The notes under the pieces were generated by a model, which saw only the letters and a program-made list of their open reading frames with translations, made no database searches and was not told where the DNA came from. Source: a bacterium (GTDB lineage: Bacteria > Patescibacteriota > Saccharimonadia > CAILAD01 > GCA-016700035). From it: DNA of 64,000 nucleotides. The translations under genes and the position numbers were made by a program. The stretch spans positions 199,021-263,020 of the forward strand of contig CP064998.1 of assembly GCA_016700035.1 (NCBI GenBank), written 5' to 3'. Shown here piece by piece: positions 16,069 through 25,660 of the stretch; within the stretch, counting starts at the first letter, position 1, and each line of letters starts with the position of its first letter.

Positions 16069-16098
16069 TTGACAGTTGGGCTCATTATGCCGTAAACT
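16069..16098 (+). promoter_or_regulatory. Candidate 16S rRNA promoter (TTGACA-N18-TAAACT)
   Basis: Perfect -35 hexamer about 280 nt upstream of the 16S 5' end. The -10 is weak. Confidence 0.3.
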
Positions 16099-16198
16099 CT
16101 TTAGAGGTAGTTCGCTATAACGACTTTTAAAAAGCAAAACATGGTTCTTCCTAAAAAGAGGACCGTTGTTTTTTTCTAGCGTTTGGAGCTACTGGACT

Positions 16199-16222
16199 TT
16201 GACAAGTTACCTGTGTCAGTTT
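16199..16222 (+). other. 16S leader half of a precursor processing stem; pairs with trailer 18085-18106
   Basis: Leader gacaagttacctgtgtcagttt is nearly the reverse complement of trailer aaactggcacaggtaacttgtg (22 bp, one G-U). Confidence 0.6.
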
Positions 16223-16346
16223 AACTTTAAATTTTGTATTTAAACTTTTTTATGTTCGTATAACAGGATTAAAAGCTACGCATTTGGTTGTATCGTTCTA
16301 ATGTGTAGCTAAACTTTAACGATATAATATACTTTTGTATGTTGTG

Positions 16347-17866
<1,520 letters not shown>

Positions 17867-18084
17867 AGGGAGAAAGCTTACTGGCAACAGTACCAGTACT
17901 ATAAGTACTGGCGTTACGGTATGAAATGTGGTTATCGAGCTGCTTAGTGTCTTTAGATACTAGGAAGTGCTCACCAAAAATCTTCATATCGAATGGCTAT
18001 CCTAGGTCGACTTTTCACGAATCTTTATTTTTGTGAAAATAGCCTGTTATACACATAGCTAAGAACTTACTTTGTTTAGAGTTC

Positions 18085-18106
18085 AAACTGGCACAGGTAA
18101 CTTGTG
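18085..18106 (+). other. 16S trailer half of the processing stem
   Basis: Complementary to leader 16201-16222. Confidence 0.55.
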
Positions 18107-18112
18107 AAATTA

Positions 18113-18142
18113 ATAAAAAACTCCCTATCCTGGGAGTTTTTT
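18113..18142. terminator. Bidirectional rho-independent terminator (A-run, GC hairpin, T-run)
   Basis: aaaaaaCTCCCtatccTGGGAGtttttt. Ends the 16S precursor on the + strand and the convergent minus-strand gene 18158-18421. Confidence 0.55.
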
Positions 18143-18157
18143 AGTGTGATAATAAGA

Positions 18158-18421
18158 TTATTTATTCAGTTCAGCGCCAGTCAGGCCTTTTACACTATCG
18201 GCAATTGGTTGGGTGAGCCAACTCCAAATGCCAAAGATCATACCAAGACCAAAGATTACGAGCACTACCCCAAGAATACGAATAAAAGCTGGTGTACCAG
18301 CAGTTACTAAGCGCTCGACAAAATCTATTGCACCGGTAAAGTTATAAATATTACGCCAAAACTTCAGCATTGTAAGACCTACGGTCATTAGAAAAATTCC
18401 AAAGAAAATATTAAAAAGCAT
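18158..18421 (-). CDS. Small membrane protein (hypothetical, two TM helices)
   Basis: 87-aa ORF with two hydrophobic helices. Terminator immediately downstream. Confidence 0.45.
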   Translation of the reverse strand: MLFNIFFGIFLMTVGLTMLKFWRNIYNFTGAIDFVERLVTAGTPAFIRILGVVLVIFGLGMIFGIWSWLTQPIADSVKGLTGAELNK

Positions 18422-18715
18422 ACAGACAGTATAGCAAAAAAATAACTTCTATGATTTGCTGATGGGTCGTCCAGATTAGATTGATATGAATATTTGGGCC
18501 ACGCTATAGATAACTTGCCTTAGCGGGTCATGATAGGATAGTTGGTTGAGTGCTAGTACTGTTGGAAGAGATATCGAAAGGGCAATTTGTGTCAGTACTG
18601 CGCTTCCTAGTCTTGGCGTGTTTGATAGGCTGTAGTTGTATATATCGTGAGCATATAGCCTTAGCTAGTATTATCACGATCATTGCAATCTACAGAGATT
18701 AAAGCAAAGAAGTTA

Positions 18716-20167
18716 TTAGAACCCATTGTTATTTGGTTTAATATGGCATAGCCATATTTTTAGGCCAATACCGACCAATCCAAGTAGAAACAGAACATAA
18801 GTCAACGATAAGTATAGTTTAATGTTGTCTCCGGTATCGGCGAGTTGGCCATGAGTGGTGTTTGACACTGGAGGGTCTATAGGGTCTGGGATTGGAGGTA
18901 TATACTCATAAGCGCCAGAATCATAACCTGAGCCTTGTGGCCTGGCTATACCCCGCTGGTCAGTAGTGAGACTATTAGTCACGCCGGCATCAATAGCTGC
19001 AGAGTTTTCTAATAATGCGATCGTTTGGATAGTGCCACCATTGTCTTGTAGTGGACCCAAGCTAGATGATAATCCAACAATCTCAGCCTGATCGGTTGGG
19101 TGATTAAGCTCTGATGTAGCTGTTGCGTCAGTTATATTCCCACCCAAAGAGGCTGAGGTGGCTGATTCAGTGCCTCCAGCGTTAGGCTCAAACTCCGCAT
19201 TAAAAACATCAAGGTTTACACCTAAAATATTTTGGAAATCAATTGATGATGCTGCCGAAGCACCAGGGGTTGCTAAGCTTGCCGACAAGATACCGCTCCC
19301 GGTTACGCCGACTTGAGGGTTGCCAATTATAGTTATATTGCGAGCTGTGACATTTACTTCTCCATCACCACCAGACAAAGAATCGGCAATTGCAGAAATA
19401 TAGCTAATACTATATCCATTTGTAGCTGTCACGTCAGTTATAGTTATATTTTCGGCTAGACCACTAGTATGACCCCCTGCTCGAGAATAGAAGCAAACAA
19501 GTAAAACGGAGTCATTTTTTGTCCCTTCTACATTAGTGATAGTTGTACGCCTAACTATATTGCCAGATGTAGTTGCCCCATTGCTAGTTATAAAAATTGC
19601 ACTACTCTCAAAGATAATATCATGGATATAGATATCTTCTATAGTACTCGAAATACCATTCATCCACGCAGAGACTTCAATCATGGAGCTATCTACAGAT
19701 TGGGCTACATCAGCATAAACCTCGACGCGCCTAATTGTCATGGAGTAATTAAAGGTATTTATTGCGCCGTAGTCATTAATTAATATACTATTCGGATTTT
19801 TAATTGTGACGTCTTGTACGGTAGCTTGTTGAGGGGTAATATTTGGGTTATTGAAACTTAAGCCACCGTTATTACCTTGGGCATCGATGATAGTTTGTCC
19901 CATACCGGCACCCTGTACGGTTAGAGGTACGGTAATTACGTTTGTATTTGCATAGTTGAAAGTACCAGCCGATAAGCTGATAGTATCGTTACTTCCGTAA
20001 GTGCCAGAAGCTGTACACCCACCTTGATTGCTAGCCGAGTTCATGGATAAAATTGCATTATCTAGAGTGCATCCTGGACTCACGTTAATTGTCGCAGCCG
20101 AAGCTTTATTTGGCGCAAAAATAAATGTTATTGATAAGGCTACAATCAATAACAACAAATACTTCAT
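18716..20167 (-). CDS. Secreted beta-helix-like surface protein with LAxTG-type sortase sorting signal
   Basis: Signal peptide MKYLLLLIVALSITFIFAPNKASA (the ORF may start at 20227). Asn/Gly/Thr-rich repeats suggest a parallel beta-helix. C-terminal LADTG, hydrophobic helix and KIWLCHIK tail. Confidence 0.55.
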   Translation of the reverse strand: MKYLLLLIVALSITFIFAPNKASAATINVSPGCTLDNAILSMNSASNQGGCTASGTYGSNDTISLSAGTFNYANTNVITVPLTVQGAGMGQTIIDAQGNNGGLSFNNPNITPQQATVQDVTIKNPNSILINDYGAINTFNYSMTIRRVEVYADVAQSVDSSMIEVSAWMNGISSTIEDIYIHDIIFESSAIFITSNGATTSGNIVRRTTITNVEGTKNDSVLLVCFYSRAGGHTSGLAENITITDVTATNGYSISYISAIADSLSGGDGEVNVTARNITIIGNPQVGVTGSGILSASLATPGASAASSIDFQNILGVNLDVFNAEFEPNAGGTESATSASLGGNITDATATSELNHPTDQAEIVGLSSSLGPLQDNGGTIQTIALLENSAAIDAGVTNSLTTDQRGIARPQGSGYDSGAYEYIPPIPDPIDPPVSNTTHGQLADTGDNIKLYLSLTYVLFLLGLVGIGLKIWLCHIKPNNNGF

Positions 20168-20671
20168 TCTAGGTCGTATTAGAAGAATATGGATTGACAT
20201 CAATATCTTGTTTTCGGCTTTTCTCACGTTATTTATTTTAACATAAGCAAGTTATTTAGATGAAAGAAGCGTGATATATTTATGCAGCATTCTTGTTTAG
20301 CCAAGAATGCTCAAATTAGATTATTGTCGACCCTTTCGGCACTTCTTGGTCGAAAATTTAAGCGGGTTTGATGAGGCGGGGTGGTTTTATCTTTTAAGGT
20401 GAATTACAGAATAGTATATTTTATTATTTACTAATTGTGTATCTATACTCTAGTTGGAGCTTATTTTATATATAATCTTGAAATTTTTCATGGTTAGTTT
20501 TGCCGAGCTATGTACGGCATGAACAATAAAATAAGCTTCCATCATTTGGTGGAGGTTGATAGTCCAATTTAGGGTTAAAAAGTTTTTCTCTCCTTGCCAA
20601 GCTCGCCATTTCAGTGTAAAAATCCAAATCATCGCCCTTCTGGGTGATTTTTTTGTTAAAAATCTCAATCT

Positions 20672-20713
20672 TGGTGGGCTTGGCAGGACTCAGAGCCGGA
20701 CCTCGTCATTATT
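20672..20713 (-). pseudogene. Degenerate copy of the tRNA-Ile 3' half
   Basis: tggtgggcttggcaggactc...gacctcgtcattat matches the 3' portion of the adjacent tRNA-Ile with an internal substitution block. Confidence 0.45.
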
Positions 20714-20752
20714 TGGCTGAGGCCAAGTACAGTAATGTTTTTTCTCTCAGCT

Positions 20753-20830
20753 GGTGGGCTTGGCAGGACTCGAACCTGCGACCTCGTCATTATCAGTGAC
20801 GCGCTCTAACCAGCTGAGCTACAAGCCCAC
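20753..20830 (-). tRNA. tRNA-Ile (anticodon GAT), CCA encoded
   Basis: Reverse complement folds as a cloverleaf. Anticodon loop cuGAUaa. Close match to bacterial tRNA-Ile(GAU). Confidence 0.9.
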
Positions 20831-20863
20831 AGCTGAGAGAAAAAGTTGTATAGATGCCGTGAA

Positions 20864-20895
20864 CAGTGACGCGCTCTAACTAACTTAGGCTACAA
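20864..20895 (-). pseudogene. Degenerate copy of the tRNA-Ile 5' half
   Basis: cagtgacgcgctctaac is identical to the tRNA-Ile D/anticodon-arm region, then diverges. Confidence 0.4.
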
Positions 20896-21243
20896 TTCCG
20901 GGATATAATTGTGGTGGAACATATACCTTGTAAAATTTCGACTTATGCTCGGAACGAGTCCCTGCGCGCAAGTCATGTTAGCAGATCCGAACCGAAAGGT
21001 TTAAGCCTTCATCGGTTCTGTCTGGCGGAGCATGTACTTCGTGAAACTTCGGTCTATGCTCGAAGCAAGCTTCTGCGCGTAGACCTTGTTTGCGGATAGC
21101 GGCTTACGCCTTCTCCTTGTGGTGCTCGACAAGATATACAGTAAGCTGATATCTTGGTCTGCGCTCCTCATGCGCCGAACCTTCGGCTCAATGCAGATTT
21201 TAGTCCACCACTCTGTAAGTATATATTGCATATACCCACAGAG

Positions 21244-21320
21244 TGGTGGAGCATATCGGATTCGAACCGATGACCCCCTGCTTGCAAAGCAGGTGCTCTA
21301 GCCAGCTGAGCTAATGCCCC
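21244..21320 (-). tRNA. tRNA-Ala (anticodon TGC), CCA encoded, G3:U70 present
   Basis: Reverse complement ggggcattagctcagctggctagagcacctgctttgcaagcagg...tgctccacca. Anticodon UGC. Confidence 0.9.
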
Positions 21321-21339
21321 ATATTGGGTGTTTTTTATT

Positions 21340-21430
21340 GATTGTCAATTATCAAAGTACGGAGACTTAATCTACGGGGCTAGAGCACATTCTGTAAGTG
21401 CGATTTACGCCACTGATAGCCAGCTTTAGC
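21340..21430. pseudogene. Inverted degenerate fragments of the tRNA-Ala 5' region
   Basis: ggggctagagcac and agccagctttagctaatgccc resemble the tRNA-Ala D-arm/acceptor in opposite orientations. Confidence 0.35.
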
Positions 21431-21619
21431 TAATGCCCTATAAGTATCAATATATTTTACTGTTAATATGTTTTAAATAACTACTATTAGTTGATATTTT
21501 CATAAAACATAATAACTGGCCTATTGTACACTTTTACTCAAGAAAAGACAACAGGAGAGGGCGGTCATTTGCGATGGACAAGCACAACTATTTTAGGCAC
21601 AATAAGATAGTACAAGCAT

Positions 21620-22090
21620 ATGCATAATAATCAGCCAATACAGCCTGGATCTTTGGTGCTGCCAAAGTCTGCTTCGAACACAAACGAAGGCGGACAAGGT
21701 GGTGCTTTGCCTGTAATTACGCCGACACCTCAACTAGCAGTTATTGCATCTAATACGCCAACTGTGGATGGTCAGTCGATGGTTAAATTGAGGGGGCAAG
21801 CTGGTTTGAGTATGGATAGCACAAGTGCAGAGACTGGTGGCTTAGATTTTAGTGACACAAAGGTAGTAGATCCAGCTATACTGGCTCAGCCAGCACCAGC
21901 ACCAGCACCAGCACCAGCACCAGCACCAGCACCAGCACCAGCACCAGCACCAGCACCAGCACCAGCACCAGCACCAGCACCAGCACCAGCACCAGCACCA
22001 GCACCAGCACCAGCACCAGCACCAGCACCAGCACCAGCACCAGCACCAGCACCAGCACCAGCACCAGCACCAGCACCAGCATATAGTTAA
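21620..22090 (+). CDS. Pro-Ala dipeptide-repeat protein (hypothetical)
   Basis: ORF ending in (PA)32 encoded by a hexanucleotide microsatellite. No TM or signal. May be the 5' part of a gene split from 22146-22733. Confidence 0.45.
   Translation: MHNNQPIQPGSLVLPKSASNTNEGGQGGALPVITPTPQLAVIASNTPTVDGQSMVKLRGQAGLSMDSTSAETGGLDFSDTKVVDPAILAQPAPAPAPAPAPAPAPAPAPAPAPAPAPAPAPAPAPAPAPAPAPAPAPAPAPAPAPAPAPAPAPAYS
21890..22081 (+). repeat. (CCAGCA)32 perfect tandem hexanucleotide repeat
   Basis: Seen directly. 192 nt with no interruptions. Confidence 0.95.
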
Positions 22091-22145
22091 TCAGCCCAAC
22101 TTACAACCTACTCAAGCTGAATATCAGTATTACCAAGCACCACCA

Positions 22146-22733
22146 ATGGCTCCGTCGTCTACACCTATTTCACAGTCTCAAGTTAGTGTCGCATCACCAC
22201 TCTTAGTAGCTTCAGCACCTCCGTTACCGCTCGCACCGGTCCCACAGCCAGCTTTGCAGGTGGTACCACCATCGCCAATCAATTCACCACCAATGGCCAT
22301 ACCACCTACTTCACCGGTAGCCCCATCAGTACCGATACCTCAACCAAATGCTCCTGCTCCAACGACAGCTCCAAACCCTCAGCCAACCCAACCAGTCTCA
22401 TCGGCGCCGACTAGCCCAGCCCAGCCCAATTCACAAAAAGATTGGCTAGTATATGCAGCTCTCGCAATAGGTATTATCTCGATTTTGGCACAAGTTTTTG
22501 TTTCGGGTACTCCAGGATTTGCCATAATTTTGGTCGGCATTTCGTTGGTCGGTATTTTCTTGGGCTTTAAATCACTGAAGGGTGGCAAGAGGAGTATTGC
22601 AGTTGCGGTTGTGATAATTAGTGCGCTTGCTCTGGTGTCGGCGGTGGTGCAAGCTGGGATTGCTATAAATATTGCCCGAAAGTGTCAAACCGATCCAAGT
22701 TATGCCGCGCAAAGCGCACAGTGTCAGCGCTAA
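22146..22733 (+). CDS. Pro-rich membrane protein (hypothetical)
   Basis: Pro/Ala/Ser-rich N-terminal half followed by 3 predicted TM helices and a Cys-containing tail. Confidence 0.5.
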   Translation: MAPSSTPISQSQVSVASPLLVASAPPLPLAPVPQPALQVVPPSPINSPPMAIPPTSPVAPSVPIPQPNAPAPTTAPNPQPTQPVSSAPTSPAQPNSQKDWLVYAALAIGIISILAQVFVSGTPGFAIILVGISLVGIFLGFKSLKGGKRSIAVAVVIISALALVSAVVQAGIAINIARKCQTDPSYAAQSAQCQR

Positions 22734-22773
22734 GGCGTGAGAAAATGCTTGTGGTTTGATACAATACTAAATA

Positions 22774-24114
22774 ATGACTAAACAGATAGCTCAAGACTCA
22801 ATAATGGATGAAAAAACAACTCAGGCACCTCCAGCGATTGGGCCAGCTCTGGTTTATGCCAGCGTGGGGTTTGTTTTATTGCTTTGGGCCTTAGCTTATC
22901 CTTTAGATAGTCGCGTGCAAAATGCGGCAGCTACTTTTAAGAGTTTGGCAAATATTGCTGCTTTTTCTGGCACCGTATTATATGCTTGGTCGATATTTTT
23001 ATCATCACGGTTATTAATTTTTGATGCATGGTTTGGTGGGTTGGATAAGGCTTATAAATGGCATCATTACACTGGTGGAGTAGGGTTTTTCTTACTGACG
23101 CTACACCCGTTATTCTTAACTATGCGAGCTCTAACAACTGGCTGGCCAGTTTCTACGTTGTGGGTTTTAGGTAGTAATTGGCAGATAAATTTTGGACTTC
23201 TGCCACTGTATGCGTTAGCAATTTTTCTACCCATTAGTATATTTTTCCGGATTAAGTATGGCCTATTTATCTGGCTACACAGAATTCTGGGGGCAGTTTT
23301 CTTGCTGGGCTTTTTACATGCCTTTATGGCTAAGGGCAATATGGTGCATTTTATGCCACTCTGGATTTACATGTTTGTGGTTTCGGCTATTGCCATTGGT
23401 GCTTTTATTTACCACTCAGTATTGGGGGCAATATTGCCAATTCGCTATCGCTACAGAGTTGGTAGCGTAAAAGATATGGGTGGTGGTGTGACAGACATTG
23501 TGCTAGAGCCAGCTAGTCAGCGACTTTTACCGTTTGTGGCGGGTCAATTCGCCTACGTCAGTTTTATGTCGCATCCAGATGGTACGGAGGATCATCCGTT
23601 TTCGATGGCACGCCAGCCGAGAGCAAAAGATCTCCGGTTTGTAGTGAAAAATCTTGGTGACTACACCGCATCGATGGGGCAAATTAAGCAAGGTACTACC
23701 GCTTGGGTCGAAGGGCCACATGGAGCTTTTAACTTCCGTACAGCACGCAAATATCGTCAGGTGTGGGTGGCTGGAGGCATTGGGGTTACACCTTTTCTAG
23801 CAATGGCTGAAGCGTTGCCAAAGCGTAAATATAATGTGGATTTTTATTATTGCGTGGTAACCGCCAAGGAAGCTGCGTTTGAGTCTGAATTTAATGCTAT
23901 TGCTAGGCGTAACCCAGCTTTTAAGCCGGTGACTTTCTGCCAGGATAAGCAGGGTTTTATCGATGCCGATAAGCTAACTCGAGGAGTTGATGTGCGAGCT
24001 ACCGAGTTTTATATTTGTGGCCCACCACCAATGATGCATGCTCTGCATAAGGGGCTTTTGGCTAAGGGAGTGCCAAATCGACGCATTCACTTTGAAGATT
24101 TCTCGATGCGCTAG
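22774..24114 (+). CDS. Ferric reductase/NOX-family transmembrane oxidoreductase with FAD and NAD(P)-binding domain
   Basis: Heme-binding His-containing TM helices. FAD motif HPFSMA. NAD(P) motif GGIGVTPFLAM. C-terminal CGPPPMM. Confidence 0.75.
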   Translation: MTKQIAQDSIMDEKTTQAPPAIGPALVYASVGFVLLLWALAYPLDSRVQNAAATFKSLANIAAFSGTVLYAWSIFLSSRLLIFDAWFGGLDKAYKWHHYTGGVGFFLLTLHPLFLTMRALTTGWPVSTLWVLGSNWQINFGLLPLYALAIFLPISIFFRIKYGLFIWLHRILGAVFLLGFLHAFMAKGNMVHFMPLWIYMFVVSAIAIGAFIYHSVLGAILPIRYRYRVGSVKDMGGGVTDIVLEPASQRLLPFVAGQFAYVSFMSHPDGTEDHPFSMARQPRAKDLRFVVKNLGDYTASMGQIKQGTTAWVEGPHGAFNFRTARKYRQVWVAGGIGVTPFLAMAEALPKRKYNVDFYYCVVTAKEAAFESEFNAIARRNPAFKPVTFCQDKQGFIDADKLTRGVDVRATEFYICGPPPMMHALHKGLLAKGVPNRRIHFEDFSMR

Positions 24115-24134
24115 TTGCGCGCTATAATATAAAC

Positions 24135-24833
24135 ATGGCGCAACTCCAGCCTTATTTATATACTACTGATGGCGAAGTGGTATCTGAAAAAGCATTAATT
24201 ATTTTGCCAGAAATATATGGTGTGCAAGATTTTACTCGAGAGCTTGCACAAAAAGTCCAATCTGAGCTTAATTGGACAGGCTATGTATTAGATCATTTTT
24301 ATGCTGTAACAGGTAAAGTACAGACATTTGATTATTCTGATGCATCGGCTGGTATGGCAGTTATGCAACAAATGACTGGAGAGGCTTACTTGAGCCTACT
24401 AGACAAGGCGATAGGTGAAGTGATGGCGCGCCAGCCAGATCTGGTACGACTGGCAATCTGGGGCTTTTGCTTTGGTGGTAAACTGGCTTATCTTTCGGGA
24501 GTAAATACCAGGGTGACAGATATTATATCTTTTTATGGTGGGGCTAGTTTGGCGCCAGGCTTCTATGAAGGCCAGTCGGCAGTTGAGGCGCTTACACAAA
24601 GGCGGATGGGAGATAAGAACCTACGTATCTTAGCGGCTTTTGGTAAAAATGATGAAATGATACCGGCATCGGACGTAGAAAGTATTCGCAGTCAATTAGA
24701 GCGAGCCAAGATAACTCGCGAGGTGAATACTTATCCGGCTGGCCATGCCTTTTTTAATGAAGACCGCAAGGATCGCTATGTACAGGCAGCATCAGATCAA
24801 GCTTGGCAGGATGTTTGTAGCTTTTTGATATGA
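24135..24833 (+). CDS. Dienelactone hydrolase family protein
   Basis: LIILPEIYGV motif. Nucleophile elbow GFCFGG. Alpha/beta hydrolase length. Confidence 0.65.
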   Translation: MAQLQPYLYTTDGEVVSEKALIILPEIYGVQDFTRELAQKVQSELNWTGYVLDHFYAVTGKVQTFDYSDASAGMAVMQQMTGEAYLSLLDKAIGEVMARQPDLVRLAIWGFCFGGKLAYLSGVNTRVTDIISFYGGASLAPGFYEGQSAVEALTQRRMGDKNLRILAAFGKNDEMIPASDVESIRSQLERAKITREVNTYPAGHAFFNEDRKDRYVQAASDQAWQDVCSFLI

Positions 24834-24837
24834 AAGT

Positions 24838-25539
24838 CTATTTGCCAAAACGGCGTTGGCGATGAGAGTATTCAGTTAAGGCAGAGTCTAGATCAGCTTC
24901 GGTAAAATCTGGCCATTTTTTATCGATAAACATAAGTTCGGCATAGGCGGATCGCCAAAGCATAAAGCCAGATATGCGTTGCTCACCAGAGCTACGAATG
25001 AGTAAATCTAGCTCGGGTACATCGGGTGCATAGAGGTATTGAGCAAAAGCTTCTGGTGTAATCGTATTAGCCGCAATGCCAGACGAGATAAGTTTTTTTG
25101 TGGCATCAACTATCTCTTGCTGACCACTATAATTTAAACACAGGGCTAATGTGCCATTGGTATTGTTAGCCGTTTTTTCTTCTGCGTTACGCATAGCGGT
25201 GATGATTTTCGGATCAAGCCCTTCATCATTACCCAGAAAAACTACCCGAACACCTTCACTGTGAATATCTTCAAGCTCATGGTCGGCCACCCATAGCAGA
25301 AGCTTCATAATATAGCTAACTTCTTCGGCTGATCGTTGCCAATTCTCTTTACTCCACACGTAGGCTGAGACATATTTAACGCCACGATCTAGCGCCGCTA
25401 GTCCAATTTTTTTAAAATTCTTATAGCCTTGACGGTGGCCTTCTAGTAGTGGAATACCTTGTTCTTTGGCCCAGCGCCGATGACCATCGAGAATAAAGCC
25501 GACGTGTTGCGGGATTTGATTTTGTGAGATATTTGTCAT
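24838..25539 (-). CDS. uppS: Isoprenyl transferase (undecaprenyl diphosphate synthase)
   Basis: HVGFILDGHRRWAKE (cis-IPPS substrate-binding motif). Conserved C-terminal RRFGK. Confidence 0.85.
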   Translation of the reverse strand: MTNISQNQIPQHVGFILDGHRRWAKEQGIPLLEGHRQGYKNFKKIGLAALDRGVKYVSAYVWSKENWQRSAEEVSYIMKLLLWVADHELEDIHSEGVRVVFLGNDEGLDPKIITAMRNAEEKTANNTNGTLALCLNYSGQQEIVDATKKLISSGIAANTITPEAFAQYLYAPDVPELDLLIRSSGEQRISGFMLWRSAYAELMFIDKKWPDFTEADLDSALTEYSHRQRRFGK

Positions 25540-25660
25540 AATTTAAGTATCCATTATAGCTTATTTCAGGTAAGAATAAAGCTAAAGAAAAGATATGGAC
25601 AAATATATGCAAGGGAGTCTATTATTAAGCATAAGTATTAATTGAGATAATATAGTAATT

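Noticed and set aside
16199-16227. TTGACA-N17-TAACTT as the 16S promoter
   Set aside because: The hexamer lies inside the leader half of the 16S processing stem (complementary to 18085-18106). It is more likely part of the precursor than a promoter. The upstream TTGACA at 16069 is preferred.
21086-21301. 71-aa plus-strand ORF
   Set aside because: It overlaps tRNA-Ala (21244-21320) and the structured tRNA spacer. There is no coding signal.
21890-22081. Possible CRISPR array
   Set aside because: Unit is 6 nt with no spacers. It is a microsatellite inside a coding region, not repeat-spacer architecture.
21876-22082. 68-aa minus-strand ORF of pure (LV)n
   Set aside because: It is the antisense reading of the (CCAGCA)32 repeat, a translation artefact of a simple repeat rather than a gene.
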